From positions 1 through 42,096 of the IMG/VR virus record IMGVR_UViG_3300017646_000170: DNA of 42,096 nt; one strand, given 5' to 3'. Source of the DNA: a virus (taxonomy: Duplodnaviria > Caudoviricetes). Below are positions 1 through 8,368 of this stretch, one piece after another (positions within the stretch are counted from its first letter, which is position 1; every line of letters begins with the position of its first letter). The translations under genes were made by a program, and so were the position numbers. The notes under the pieces were generated by a model that saw only the letters and a list, made by a program, of their open reading frames with translations, was not told the origin of the DNA and did no database searches.

Positions 1-102
1 ACCCTTCCAATCCGTCCGATCGACAGCGGAGCCGCGAAGAGTATTCGCGGCGTCCCACATCGCAGATTTCAATTGCAGACCATTGTTCAACGAATCGTTC
101 AT
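1..102 (-). CDS. hsdM: Type I restriction-modification methyltransferase subunit M, N-terminal 34 aa (runs off the window)
   Basis: Manual translation MNDSLNNGLQLKSAMWDAANTLRGSAVDRTDWKG matches the HsdM_N pattern W.AA..LRG..D...(Y/W)K; ATG overlaps the upstream TGA (ATGA); absent from the ORF track. Confidence 0.8.
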   Translation of the reverse strand, partial: MNDSLNNGLQLKSAMWDAANTLRGSAVDRTDWKG

Positions 103-296
103 TCTTCACTCTGAGCGCCACCGAGGGCTTTGGGGGCTGCGCCGGCCTCGACCGCCTTCAGCCTTTCATATTCCTCGACGGCCAACACGACGACGACAGT
201 CCGCCCGTGCTTGGCCACCGCCACCGGCTCGGCTCGGGCGAGATCAATCAACCGTCCGAAGCCGTACTTCGCGTCTTTCGCGCTCAGGGTCTGCAT
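99..296 (-). CDS. Phd/YefM-family antitoxin-like DNA-binding protein
   Basis: 65 aa; SAKDAK..FGRLIDLA..EPV.V.KHGR.VVVVL..EEYERL is the Phd/YefM pattern. Confidence 0.88.
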   Translation of the reverse strand: MQTLSAKDAKYGFGRLIDLARAEPVAVAKHGRTVVVVLAVEEYERLKAVEAGAAPKALGGAQSEE

Positions 297-325
297 TCGA
301 CTCCCCGCCTATGCCTCCACCATTT

Positions 326-342
326 TTGGCCAATTTGGCCCA
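326..342. promoter_or_regulatory. Tandem palindromic operator candidate TTGGCCAA-T-TTGGCCCA
   Basis: One perfect and one near-perfect 8-bp palindrome about 30 bp upstream of the Phd-like start; Phd/YefM proteins bind paired short palindromes. Confidence 0.45.
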
Positions 343-386
343 ATGAAGCAATAGCAGCAGTGGCGTGAGATTATGCAGTGAGGTGA

Positions 387-776
387 TCAGGTGCCGGAGA
401 AGGTGTTCTTCTGCTCGATCCAGCTGATCGGGAACGGGTCCATAAGTCGCGCAAGCGTAACGGCATCGCCCTGCCGTCCGTCGAGAACCGTCTCAATGAT
501 GCCAGGCTCAAGCTGCGTCAGGCGCAGGATGCGCGTCATGTAGGACGTCGCGATCCCCTCCCGCTCGGCCAGTTCGGCGATGGTATCGAACTCACCCGAG
601 TCGAGCATCCGCTTCCAGCGGAAGGCGCGGGCCAGCGCCTTGACCAGCGTGTTGTCCGCCTTGCGGTCTGGCTGGACGCTATCGGGCAGGTGCATCTCCT
701 TGCGCCCGCCGCGCTTCACAAGGCGGAACGGGACTTGGAGCGTCACGGTCTCAGGAACCGGCCTGCCGCGGGTCAT
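387..776 (-). CDS. Small HTH-like protein accompanying the serine recombinase
   Basis: 129 aa from the ATG overlapping the recombinase stop; TIAELAEREGIATSYMTRILRL is HTH-like. Confidence 0.75.
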   Translation of the reverse strand: MTRGRPVPETVTLQVPFRLVKRGGRKEMHLPDSVQPDRKADNTLVKALARAFRWKRMLDSGEFDTIAELAEREGIATSYMTRILRLTQLEPGIIETVLDGRQGDAVTLARLMDPFPISWIEQKNTFSGT

Positions 777-2098
777 GCGGCCGCTCCCATGTCTCCGGCC
801 AGCATCTCGCGCGCGAGGCCGCCGAGCCCATCCATACGGAGCCGGACGTTGAGCCCCTCCGTGCCGATGTCCACCCGTTCGACCAGCAGCGCCACGATGC
901 GAGCCTGCTCGGCGGGGAAGAGTTCTTCCCACAGCGGGTCTAGCTGCTGCAGGGCCGCACGCGCGTCGGCCTCGGTGATGTCGTCAGCGTGGACGCGCGC
1001 CGCCTTCCACGTCCCCGCAACGATCTCGGGCTGGCGGAACACGGCGCGCAGCTGGTCGATGACGGCGGCCTCGATCTCGCCTGCGGGTACGCGGCCGACA
1101 GGGCAGGATCCGGCGCCGTGCTTCAGCACCGTCTGGCTGACATAGTAGCGGTATAGCTTGTCGCACTTTCGGGTATGCGTCGGCGAGAAGGCGGCGCCAT
1201 CCGGGCCGAAGAGCAGTCCCTTCAGCAGCGCGGGCGTGTCGGCGCGGGTGCGAGCAGCCCTCTTGCGCGGGCTTTCCTGGAGGATGGTGTGAACCTTGTC
1301 CCACATCTCGCGGGCAATGATCGCGTCGTGCTCGCCGGGATAGCTTTCGCCCTTGTGGACCGCCTCGCCGATGTAGGCGCGGTTGCTGAGCATCCGATAA
1401 ATGTATTTCTTGTCGATCCGGTTGCCGCGCGGCGTGCGCATGCCGCGCGCGCCGACCTCCCGCGCCAGTTCCGTGCAGGACCCGATCTCGAGGAAGCGGG
1501 CGAAGATCCAGCGGACATTCGCGGCGGCTTCCTCGTCAACCAGCAGCTTCCGGTTTTCCACCCGGTAGCCGAAGGGCGGCACGCCGCCCATCCACATCCC
1601 CTTCTTCCGACTGGCGGCAACCTTGTCGCGGATGCGCTCGGCCGTGACCTCGCGCTCGAACTGGGCGAACGAGAGCAGGATGTTCAGCGTCAGCCGCCCC
1701 ATCGACGTGGTGGTGTTGAACGACTGCGTCACCGAGACGAAGGTCACGCCGTTCCGGTCGAACACCTCGACCAGCTTTGCGAAGTCGGCGAGCGAACGGC
1801 TGAGGCGGTCGATCTTGTAGACCACGACCACGTCGACCAGCCCGTCCTCGATATCCTCCAGCAGGCGCTTCAGGCCGGGTCGTTCCAGCGTGCCGCCGGA
1901 GATCCCGCCGTCGTCATACTGATCGCGGACCAGCACCCAGCCCTCAGACCGTTGGCTGGCGATATAGGCTTCGCAGGCCTCACGCTGGGCGTGGAGCGAG
2001 TTGAACTCCTGCTCCAGCCCTTCCTCGGAGGATTTCCGGGTGTAGACCGCGCAGCGCAGCTTGCGGACGATCTTCGATTGTTCGGGCGGCTTCGTCAT
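773..2098 (-). CDS. Large serine recombinase (integrase)
   Basis: AVYTRKS catalytic motif, RPGL, VYKIDRLSRS, AQFERE...ERI, GGVPPFGY; ATG at 2098 coupled to the DUF2924 stop. Confidence 0.95.
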   Translation of the reverse strand: MTKPPEQSKIVRKLRCAVYTRKSSEEGLEQEFNSLHAQREACEAYIASQRSEGWVLVRDQYDDGGISGGTLERPGLKRLLEDIEDGLVDVVVVYKIDRLSRSLADFAKLVEVFDRNGVTFVSVTQSFNTTTSMGRLTLNILLSFAQFEREVTAERIRDKVAASRKKGMWMGGVPPFGYRVENRKLLVDEEAAANVRWIFARFLEIGSCTELAREVGARGMRTPRGNRIDKKYIYRMLSNRAYIGEAVHKGESYPGEHDAIIAREMWDKVHTILQESPRKRAARTRADTPALLKGLLFGPDGAAFSPTHTRKCDKLYRYYVSQTVLKHGAGSCPVGRVPAGEIEAAVIDQLRAVFRQPEIVAGTWKAARVHADDITEADARAALQQLDPLWEELFPAEQARIVALLVERVDIGTEGLNVRLRMDGLGGLAREMLAGDMGAAA

Positions 2099-2550
2099 GT
2101 CCGCCCCCTGTGGTTCTTGAGGCCGAAGAACACCCAGCCGTTCCAGCGCGTGCCGGTGATCGCCCGCGCGATGGCGGAGAGCGACTTGTAGGGCCGCCCC
2201 TGCCACTCGAAGCCGTCGGCGGTGACGGTGACGATCTGCTCGACGCCCTGCCATTCGCGGAGGAGGCGCGTGCCCGTGATAGGCCGGTCCCGGTCGAGGC
2301 GCATGCCGCGCTTATTTTTGTCACCGCCGTCCAGTTCCTCACCCAGCCGTTCCAGCCGCCGGATCGTCTCCGGCTTCAGGCCGCCGTATGCGAGTTCCTG
2401 GATGCGGTAGGCCAGGCGGGATTCAAGGTAGCGTCGGTTGAAGGGCGGCGGCTCGCTGTCGAACAAGTCGCGCCACTGTTGCTTCAAGTCAGGCGTCGGC
2501 GTGGTCTTGAGCGCGGCCAGGCGCGCGGGGATTGGATCGGGCTTGTTCAT
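2095..2550 (-). CDS. DUF2924-family protein
   Basis: LAYRIQE..YGGL, GTRLLREWQG, YKSLSAIARAITGTRWNGWVFFGL; usual position upstream of a serine recombinase. Confidence 0.88.
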   Translation of the reverse strand: MNKPDPIPARLAALKTTPTPDLKQQWRDLFDSEPPPFNRRYLESRLAYRIQELAYGGLKPETIRRLERLGEELDGGDKNKRGMRLDRDRPITGTRLLREWQGVEQIVTVTADGFEWQGRPYKSLSAIARAITGTRWNGWVFFGLKNHRGRT

Positions 2551-2750
2551 GCAGTTCTCCGACGAGTTGGAGTTGCATGACGGCATTGGTCGGGCAGATA
2601 GTGTAGGCAACGTTCTCCAGTATCGTCAGATACTTCGCCCCCATCCCGCATCCGCAACCGAACCAGCCCGAGCGCCAGCAGGCCGCATAGCTCGGCGCGG
2701 CGCTCTGCGGGCGTCATCTGGTCGGGCGGGAGCGGATTGGGGCGTTTCAT
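2547..2750 (-). CDS. Small hypothetical protein (67 aa)
   Basis: MKRPNPLPPDQMTPAERRAELCGLLALGLVRLR; ATGA-coupled at both ends. Confidence 0.7.
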   Translation of the reverse strand: MKRPNPLPPDQMTPAERRAELCGLLALGLVRLRMRDGGEVSDDTGERCLHYLPDQCRHATPTRRRTA

Positions 2751-4429
2751 GCAGCCGACCGCTCCGCACGGCCAAGAACGGCAGCGGTGATCGCGCCGCG
2801 GTTCCAACGGAAGTTCAGATGGCAGTTGGCGGCGTATTTCGACAGGCTGAAATCCAGCCCATTGGCCTCGTGCCCCGCGCGCTGCAGCAGGTCCATCTGT
2901 TTCATCGTCGCCGGGTCGTTCAGCCAGCGACGGCTCTTGATCGAGGCGGTCCCCGTCTCGGTGGCGCGCAGGAAATCGTCTGCGGCGGCGAGCGCCTGCA
3001 CCCGGGTGCCGATGGCGAGCGGCCGGATTGCCCTGCCTTTCGGCTGTCCGAGCGCGTGCCAGAGCGCGCCATCATGGAACACCCCGGCCCAGCCATTGAA
3101 CCCGCTCGCCATCATCGCCTGGCCGTCGCCATGCAGGTCGCACCAGGCGAATGGGGACCGCTCCAGCAGGTCGATCTCCATCATGTCGAAGGCGGTCAGC
3201 AGTCGGGCCTCTGCTCGTTCCCGCGTGAAGACGTGACCGCAGAAATCACAGACCGATGCTCCAAGCGGCAATTCGGCCTCACACGTCGGGCACAGTTTCC
3301 ACGGTGCCTGGCCGGGCTCAGGATCGTCCTCGTCGAGGGTGATCTCCTGTTCGAGCGACCCGTGCCGGAGCGCCGCGCCCGCGAAGTCGAGCACGACGCA
3401 GTCGGTTTTCACGATGCCGGGAAAACGCGCGGGATCGACCCGCCGCAGGCCGCGACCGACTGCCTGGATGAAGGTGCCCTTGTGCAGCATCGGGCGCAGG
3501 ATGCCGATGCAGCCGACGGGCTGGCTGTCGAAACCTTCGGTCAGGACCATGCAGTTCGTCAGCACCTGCACCTCGTCCCGGTCGAACCGGGCGATGAGGT
3601 CGGCGCGCGTCCGCGATGGCATCTCGCCCGAGATCGTCTCGGCGGTGACGCCGGCCGTGCGGAAGGCCGCGGCAACCGCATCGGCATGGTCGACCGTCGC
3701 ACAGAAGAAGATGGTGCGCCGGTCCGCTGCCTTCGCCTGCCAGTGTTCGACGACGGCCTCGTTCAGCACCGAGCGGTTCAGCACCTTGTCTGCCGCGCGC
3801 ATGTCGAAATCGCCGGCGGTGGCGCCGAGCCCCGCCAGTTCGTCCTCGACGCCGAGATCGATGGTATAGGTGCGCGGTGGCACCAGGAGACCGCGACCGA
3901 TCAGCGTGCCGATCTTCAGATGATAGCCGACATTGCTGAAGGTGCGGCGCAGGCTGCGACCATCGCCGCGACCCGGCGTGGCCGAGAGCCCGAGCAGCTT
4001 GATCTCCGGATTGAGCGCCCGGGCCTCGTCGATGATGGACTGATAGCTTTGCGCCGCGGAGCGGTGGCATTCGTCGATGACGAGATGCGAGACCGGCGCC
4101 ATCCGCTCGCGCCGGTTGGCGCGCGCCAGAGTCTGGACGCTGCCGAAGACGATGCGCCCGCCCCAGTCGTCCTGCTCGGCCTTGACCACCGAGGTGGCCA
4201 GTCCGGTGACAGTGCCGATGGCGCTCCGGTTCTGATCGATCAACTCGTCGGTATGCTGCAGCACCAGAACGCGGTCGTGTCTGCGGTGCTCCAGCTCCTC
4301 GCCGATGTAGAAACCGGCGATGGCGGTCTTTCCCGCCCCGGTGGGCAGGACCAGCATGGTGTTGCCATGTGCGGCGGTGCGGTCGCGGGCGGCATCGACG
4401 GCAGCCCTTTGATAGTCGCGCGGAATCAT
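2747..4429 (-). CDS. SF2 DExH helicase with C-terminal zinc ribbon
   Basis: PTGAGKT, DECH, SAT, LTEGFD, QAVGRGLR, CPTC..CDFC. Confidence 0.94.
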   Translation of the reverse strand: MIPRDYQRAAVDAARDRTAAHGNTMLVLPTGAGKTAIAGFYIGEELEHRRHDRVLVLQHTDELIDQNRSAIGTVTGLATSVVKAEQDDWGGRIVFGSVQTLARANRRERMAPVSHLVIDECHRSAAQSYQSIIDEARALNPEIKLLGLSATPGRGDGRSLRRTFSNVGYHLKIGTLIGRGLLVPPRTYTIDLGVEDELAGLGATAGDFDMRAADKVLNRSVLNEAVVEHWQAKAADRRTIFFCATVDHADAVAAAFRTAGVTAETISGEMPSRTRADLIARFDRDEVQVLTNCMVLTEGFDSQPVGCIGILRPMLHKGTFIQAVGRGLRRVDPARFPGIVKTDCVVLDFAGAALRHGSLEQEITLDEDDPEPGQAPWKLCPTCEAELPLGASVCDFCGHVFTRERAEARLLTAFDMMEIDLLERSPFAWCDLHGDGQAMMASGFNGWAGVFHDGALWHALGQPKGRAIRPLAIGTRVQALAAADDFLRATETGTASIKSRRWLNDPATMKQMDLLQRAGHEANGLDFSLSKYAANCHLNFRWNRGAITAAVLGRAERSAA

Positions 4430-4440
4430 GGCTGTCCCCC

Positions 4441-5076
4441 TCAGCGTGCCCAGAAGGGCGCGGAGCCGGAGGACGGCGCGCCGGACTGACCCATGCCGTT
4501 GTCCGCAAGCTGCGGGCCCGAGGCGGTGAACTGACCCGGCTGCGGCGGCTGAGGCACGCTGCCCATCAGACGGGCGTATTCGGCATGGTCGGCGCCGAGC
4601 GCGGCCTTGATGACGTTGCGCCCGGTGTCGTCGGGCTTGTCCTTGTCGCGCTCGATGCCGATGCGCGCCACGAACTCCAGCCCGCTCAACTCGCCGAGGC
4701 TGCGGATCATCCGCGCGGCGCGGGCGGCGTTAGACTGGTCATCGGCACGCACGCCGCGGGCGGATTCGAGGATGCCGCGGATCATGGCGCGCCCGCGGTT
4801 GCCGTAGGTATCGTCGCCGGGACCGCCCGCAGCCTTTCCGCGAAAGCCGATGCGCGTGTAGATGCGACGCCGCGCGAATGGTCCCTCCATCACGACCGCC
4901 TCGGTGTTGAGGTAGAGGGCTGGGCTCGTCTTGCTCTGGGTCAGCCAGCCTTCGGGGCCCGCGCCGCCGGGGCGGACGGTGAGGCAGACCTTGACCAGCG
5001 TGTTGGCCGGGATGAGGTCAAAGGCGGCGTCCTGCGTGTCCGCGCCGTTGAAATCCATGTCGCTCGCCATTGTCAT
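4441..5076 (-). CDS. Phage SSB-like protein
   Basis: Between a Sak4-like ATPase and a helicase; low-complexity Q/P/G tail ending in an aromatic motif (APFWAR). Confidence 0.6.
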   Translation of the reverse strand: MTMASDMDFNGADTQDAAFDLIPANTLVKVCLTVRPGGAGPEGWLTQSKTSPALYLNTEAVVMEGPFARRRIYTRIGFRGKAAGGPGDDTYGNRGRAMIRGILESARGVRADDQSNAARAARMIRSLGELSGLEFVARIGIERDKDKPDDTGRNVIKAALGADHAEYARLMGSVPQPPQPGQFTASGPQLADNGMGQSGAPSSGSAPFWAR

Positions 5077-5969
5077 GCTCCTTTCGTCGTCGGGGGATTG
5101 GGTGCGGTGGCGGCCGCGGGCAGATCGAAGTTCAGGCGGGCAGCGCCATCGGGGCGCGGACCACGGATCTTCGCCATGAGCCGCCCGAGATGGGCGGGCT
5201 CGATCATCGACAACCGGCCGCTGCGGTCTTTCGCAGGCAGGCCGAAATCGTTGATGGTGGTGCAGATGAATGCCCTGAACGGGTCACCCTTCTCGGGGCG
5301 CAGTTCGGTCAGGGTCACGACTTCGTCGACGATGCCGGGCAATTCGAGGCCGGTCTTCGATCCCTCGATCTGCATCGAGAAGAAAGGCTTGCCGAAGTCG
5401 TCGAGCTTGCGGTCGAGAAGACCGACCAGCCAGATGTTCTTGGCGGGCGTGTGCTGCAGATGCGTGAGCCAGCCGATCATCTCCTGGCCGAGCAACCCGT
5501 AGGTCGCGCGGAGATCCGGCTTGCCGGTGCGGTCGGACTGGGCCTGGGATTGGCCCTTGCACCACTGAAGGCAAATGCGAGAGGCGACGGAGATGCTGTC
5601 GACGAAGACCGTGTCGTACTTGTCCAGTTGGCTGGCGGGACCGAAGGCCGCGCAGACCCGCGCGAAGTGCCCGGGCCCATAGGACTGGTCGTCCCGCATG
5701 GCCGGGTTGGCGCCGCCGATCCAAGCCGCGAGATCGCGGGCGACCTCCCAATCGCGGATGCGGATTTCGTCGCCGGGCCAGCCCTGCACGGCCAGTTCGC
5801 CCGCCTCGAGGTTCAGAAACAGCGTGCGCTGCGGATCGAGGGTCAGGAGTTGCGTGGTCTTGCCGATGCCGGAGGTGCCCGTGAGCACCCCCTTGATGCC
5901 GCGCGCTTCGCGCAGCCGTTCATCGGCGGTGATGATCCGGAGCGGCCCGGCGCCGAAGGGGGCGCTCAC
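5073..5969 (-). CDS. AAA_24 / Sak4-like ATPase
   Basis: GTSGIGKT Walker A, VFVDSIS Walker B; GTG start at 5969 overlaps the upstream TGA. Confidence 0.85.
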   Translation of the reverse strand: MSAPFGAGPLRIITADERLREARGIKGVLTGTSGIGKTTQLLTLDPQRTLFLNLEAGELAVQGWPGDEIRIRDWEVARDLAAWIGGANPAMRDDQSYGPGHFARVCAAFGPASQLDKYDTVFVDSISVASRICLQWCKGQSQAQSDRTGKPDLRATYGLLGQEMIGWLTHLQHTPAKNIWLVGLLDRKLDDFGKPFFSMQIEGSKTGLELPGIVDEVVTLTELRPEKGDPFRAFICTTINDFGLPAKDRSGRLSMIEPAHLGRLMAKIRGPRPDGAARLNFDLPAAATAPNPPTTKGA

Positions 5970-6259
5970 TTGCTGCCCTCCAGATCGCGCGCAGCGGCTG
6001 AAATGGCATTGTCTGCGCCACAGGCGCCCTGACGGCGCGCCATCTTCAGCACGTCGCCGAGCGCGCCGGTCAGGCGGTAGAGGTCGGATTGCTGTCGCGC
6101 CAGGGCGACAAGGGCAAACTCGATCTCGTCCACCGTGGCGCGTTCGATCGGCACGACCTGGTCCGGCCTGTCGAAAACCGCCGGGACGTCGATGTTGTCG
6201 GGAAGCATTTCCAGCCAGCGCAGTTCGCGCAGGCGCTTCAGAGGGGTAGTCTTGAACAT
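5966..6259 (-). CDS. Hypothetical protein, first gene of the leftward operon
   Basis: 97 aa, GGAG RBS, coupled to the ATPase gene. Confidence 0.75.
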   Translation of the reverse strand: MFKTTPLKRLRELRWLEMLPDNIDVPAVFDRPDQVVPIERATVDEIEFALVALARQQSDLYRLTGALGDVLKMARRQGACGADNAISAAARDLEGSK

Positions 6260-6431
6260 GGTGACGCTCCGTGTTGTCGTCGGTTGCTGTCCAGGGATCG
6301 TCGGGAAGACTGCTGCCGGGCCTGACGCCGCCCTGGAGCTCGCGGTCGGAGTGTTTCCCCGCGTGGGGGTGTTGCATTCCTCCGGGGGCCCGGCATGAAA
6401 CTGGCGGACCGGGTCATCGCCGGTCCTGTTG

Positions 6432-6462
6432 TCACCTACCGGCGAGCCTCCGAGACTGTCGG
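6432..6462 (-). promoter_or_regulatory. Putative phage-sigma promoter, left copy: CCGACAGTC-N10-GCCGGTAGGTGA
   Basis: 9-bp and 12-bp blocks identical to 9629-9659 with the same spacer length; points into the leftward operon; overlaps the sigma gene stop codon. Confidence 0.7.
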
Positions 6463-7047
6463 GGCGGTGCCGAGATATGCCGCGAGATCAAGCGCCTCGG
6501 CGGCCTTCCGGATGGTGGCAAGCCGCGCGTAGACGGTGCTGCGATGGATCCCGAGGGCTTCGGCCGCTTCCGTGGGCGACATGTCGATCAGCGCCAGCGC
6601 GAGAGCGCGGCAGGTCGGGGTCAGGCCAGCAAGGAGCCGCTGGACATCTCGCACCAGCCCGAACGCCTCGTCCGTTGCGCGTGTGACGGCGGCATGCGGC
6701 ATCGCGCTGTCGGGCAGCGTTTCCGCGAGCGGCAGCATCTCGTCATCACCGCGCCCCTCGGCGGGACTGTCGAAGTCGATCCAAGCCCGCTCGGCCCGCA
6801 GCCGTTCGGTCGGCGCGGCCAGCGTGGCGATGCGGTTCGCCAGCACGCGGTCGGCGAAGGTGTCATACTGACCGCGAGCCGGGTCGAACTTCTCGTCCCG
6901 GCGATAGAGATGCAGCCGCAGATCCTGCTTGATGTCCTCGGCATCCATTCCGGGGACGGAGCCCGAGCGGGCCAGCCGTTCGGCGCGAATGGTGATGTTG
7001 CGGGAGACGCGCGAGCGCGCGTCGCAAATGGGGTGGAAACGCTCCAT
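6436..7047 (-). CDS. ECF-like sigma-70 family RNA polymerase sigma factor
   Basis: Region-2-like DAEDIKQDLRLHLY...FDP.RG...TFA.RV..N and region-4 HTH MSPTEAAEALGIHRSTVYARL; 203 aa. Confidence 0.85.
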   Translation of the reverse strand: MERFHPICDARSRVSRNITIRAERLARSGSVPGMDAEDIKQDLRLHLYRRDEKFDPARGQYDTFADRVLANRIATLAAPTERLRAERAWIDFDSPAEGRGDDEMLPLAETLPDSAMPHAAVTRATDEAFGLVRDVQRLLAGLTPTCRALALALIDMSPTEAAEALGIHRSTVYARLATIRKAAEALDLAAYLGTAPTVSEARR

Positions 7048-7147
7048 GAAGTTTCGCCTTCGTCCAGGTGGACGGGCACGCGGCCCGAGTGCCTGGCACC
7101 GGCGAAAATTCGTTGGAGGGCCTCGAAATCAGGGGGATTGGAGAAGC

Positions 7148-7182
7148 AAAAACCCCACGAAACCTAGCGGTTTCATGGGGTT
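7148..7182 (-). terminator. Intrinsic terminator upstream of the sigma gene
   Basis: Minus strand AACCCCATGAAACC-GCTA-GGTTTCGTGGGGTT-TTT: 14-bp stem with one G-U pair followed by U residues. Confidence 0.75.
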
Positions 7183-7210
7183 GGGTGGGATGAAAAAAGT
7201 TCAGAAAGGA

Positions 7211-8368
7211 TCAGTCGTCTTCGGCGAAATTTCGGTCGCGCTGGTCGGCGCGACCCTGACGCAGCGCACTTGCATCGACGAGGAAGCGTGCCGCGTAACA
7301 ATCGTCCTCGGCCGTGAACGGATCGTCGTCGATCCCGAACTGCGCCCTTAGCGCGGCGGCGAGAATCTGGCGCTGCCGATCGTAGCCGCGCTCAAACTCC
7401 CCCAGGATAGCGACCACGTCGCGCGAAGGACGACGTCCCCTGATGGTGGAGATCGGAAAGGACCGAGGCAATGCCCCGCCAAGCGCGGCGCAAACAAGGA
7501 GCAGCCGCCACTGGCGGTTCGGCTTGCCGTTCCGCTCATCGCGCATACCGATCTGGTCCGGTTCAAGGCGCGCCGGAGCCTGCCCAAGATAGCTGACGTT
7601 GAGCACGGCCTCCTCGCGAAACGCGAAGCGCAGATCAGACCAGCGTGCATTCGCAGGCAGAGTCATCACCGGACGCTGGACGACGTCACTTGCGTCCGCC
7701 AGTGCCGCGATCTCGGGTGCGAAGAGATCGACAAGTGGCACGGCAGCGACGAATCCCTTACGCGGCGCGAGGGCGAAGTGGAGGCATTCGGCCCACGTCA
7801 GAACACGCCCTCGCCGGGCCGCAAGAAGGGCCGGAACGTCCGGGTCAATCGCGCCGAGCGATGTCACCAGCAGGACGAACGGCAGATTGCGACGATCGAG
7901 GTCGAGGACGTCTGCGCGGCCGAGCGGCGCGCGCGGGCTTGTGAGCGCAGCGAACACCGGAAAACTCCGGCCGGCGGCAATGGCATGATCGCCGATGTGC
8001 AGAAGGGCCGCCCCGCGCGCAAACGCGGCGGGCGCGACGAGACCAAGCGCCGTGGCAATGTCGGCGAATAGTCTGCGGCGGTCGAGTTCACGGATGCGGA
8101 TATCGTCTGAATTGATGTCGAGGGTTTCGCAGAGTCGCCCCGGATCGCTGCAGACGGCACGGACCGAGCCGCCGGCATGTCGCACGACATGGCGCGGGCA
8201 ATGTTCCCCTCCGGGCCAGGGACAGTCGATACGTTCTGCGTACTTGGAGGTCTCCGGAAGGTAGCGTTCGACCTGGGTCCAGCAATCCGTCAGGTCCACC
8301 TTCCAGTCGCGCGTGTCGGTCGCGTGACCGGGAACGCGCTCAATCGTCCTCCAGAACGCCGACGTCAT
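7211..8368 (-). CDS. Hypothetical protein with N-terminal Cys cluster
   Basis: About 385 aa; CPWPGGEHCP...VC...LC putative metal site; start overlaps the upstream gene (alternative ATG at 8377). Confidence 0.75.
   Translation of the reverse strand: MTSAFWRTIERVPGHATDTRDWKVDLTDCWTQVERYLPETSKYAERIDCPWPGGEHCPRHVVRHAGGSVRAVCSDPGRLCETLDINSDDIRIRELDRRRLFADIATALGLVAPAAFARGAALLHIGDHAIAAGRSFPVFAALTSPRAPLGRADVLDLDRRNLPFVLLVTSLGAIDPDVPALLAARRGRVLTWAECLHFALAPRKGFVAAVPLVDLFAPEIAALADASDVVQRPVMTLPANARWSDLRFAFREEAVLNVSYLGQAPARLEPDQIGMRDERNGKPNRQWRLLLVCAALGGALPRSFPISTIRGRRPSRDVVAILGEFERGYDRQRQILAAALRAQFGIDDDPFTAEDDCYAARFLVDASALRQGRADQRDRNFAEDD

Noticed and set aside
85-100. GTTC...GTTC as a second LexA box
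   Set aside because: Spacer is 8 nt rather than 7, and it lies inside the hsdM coding start
297-386. attL site
   Set aside because: No matching repeat found at the other end within the window, and serine integrase cores are too short to call by eye
2438-4489. Long opposite-strand ORFs (683 aa here; also 21536-23728, 28788-30971, 35276-37183)
   Set aside because: Antisense shadows of real genes caused by high-GC codon bias; no protein motifs
6351-6370. GTGTTTCCCCGCGTGGGGGT resembles the 5' half of a type I-E CRISPR repeat (solitary repeat / RNA anti-CRISPR idea)
   Set aside because: Single copy, only a 4-bp stem, no matching 3' handle, and antisense to the predicted transcript; no array or cas operon
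5970-6377. N-terminal extensions in the ORF track (ATPase from 6377, recombinase from 2254, capsid from 21497, antitoxin from 29692)
   Set aside because: They overlap other real genes and read as low-complexity sequence; coupled downstream starts fit better
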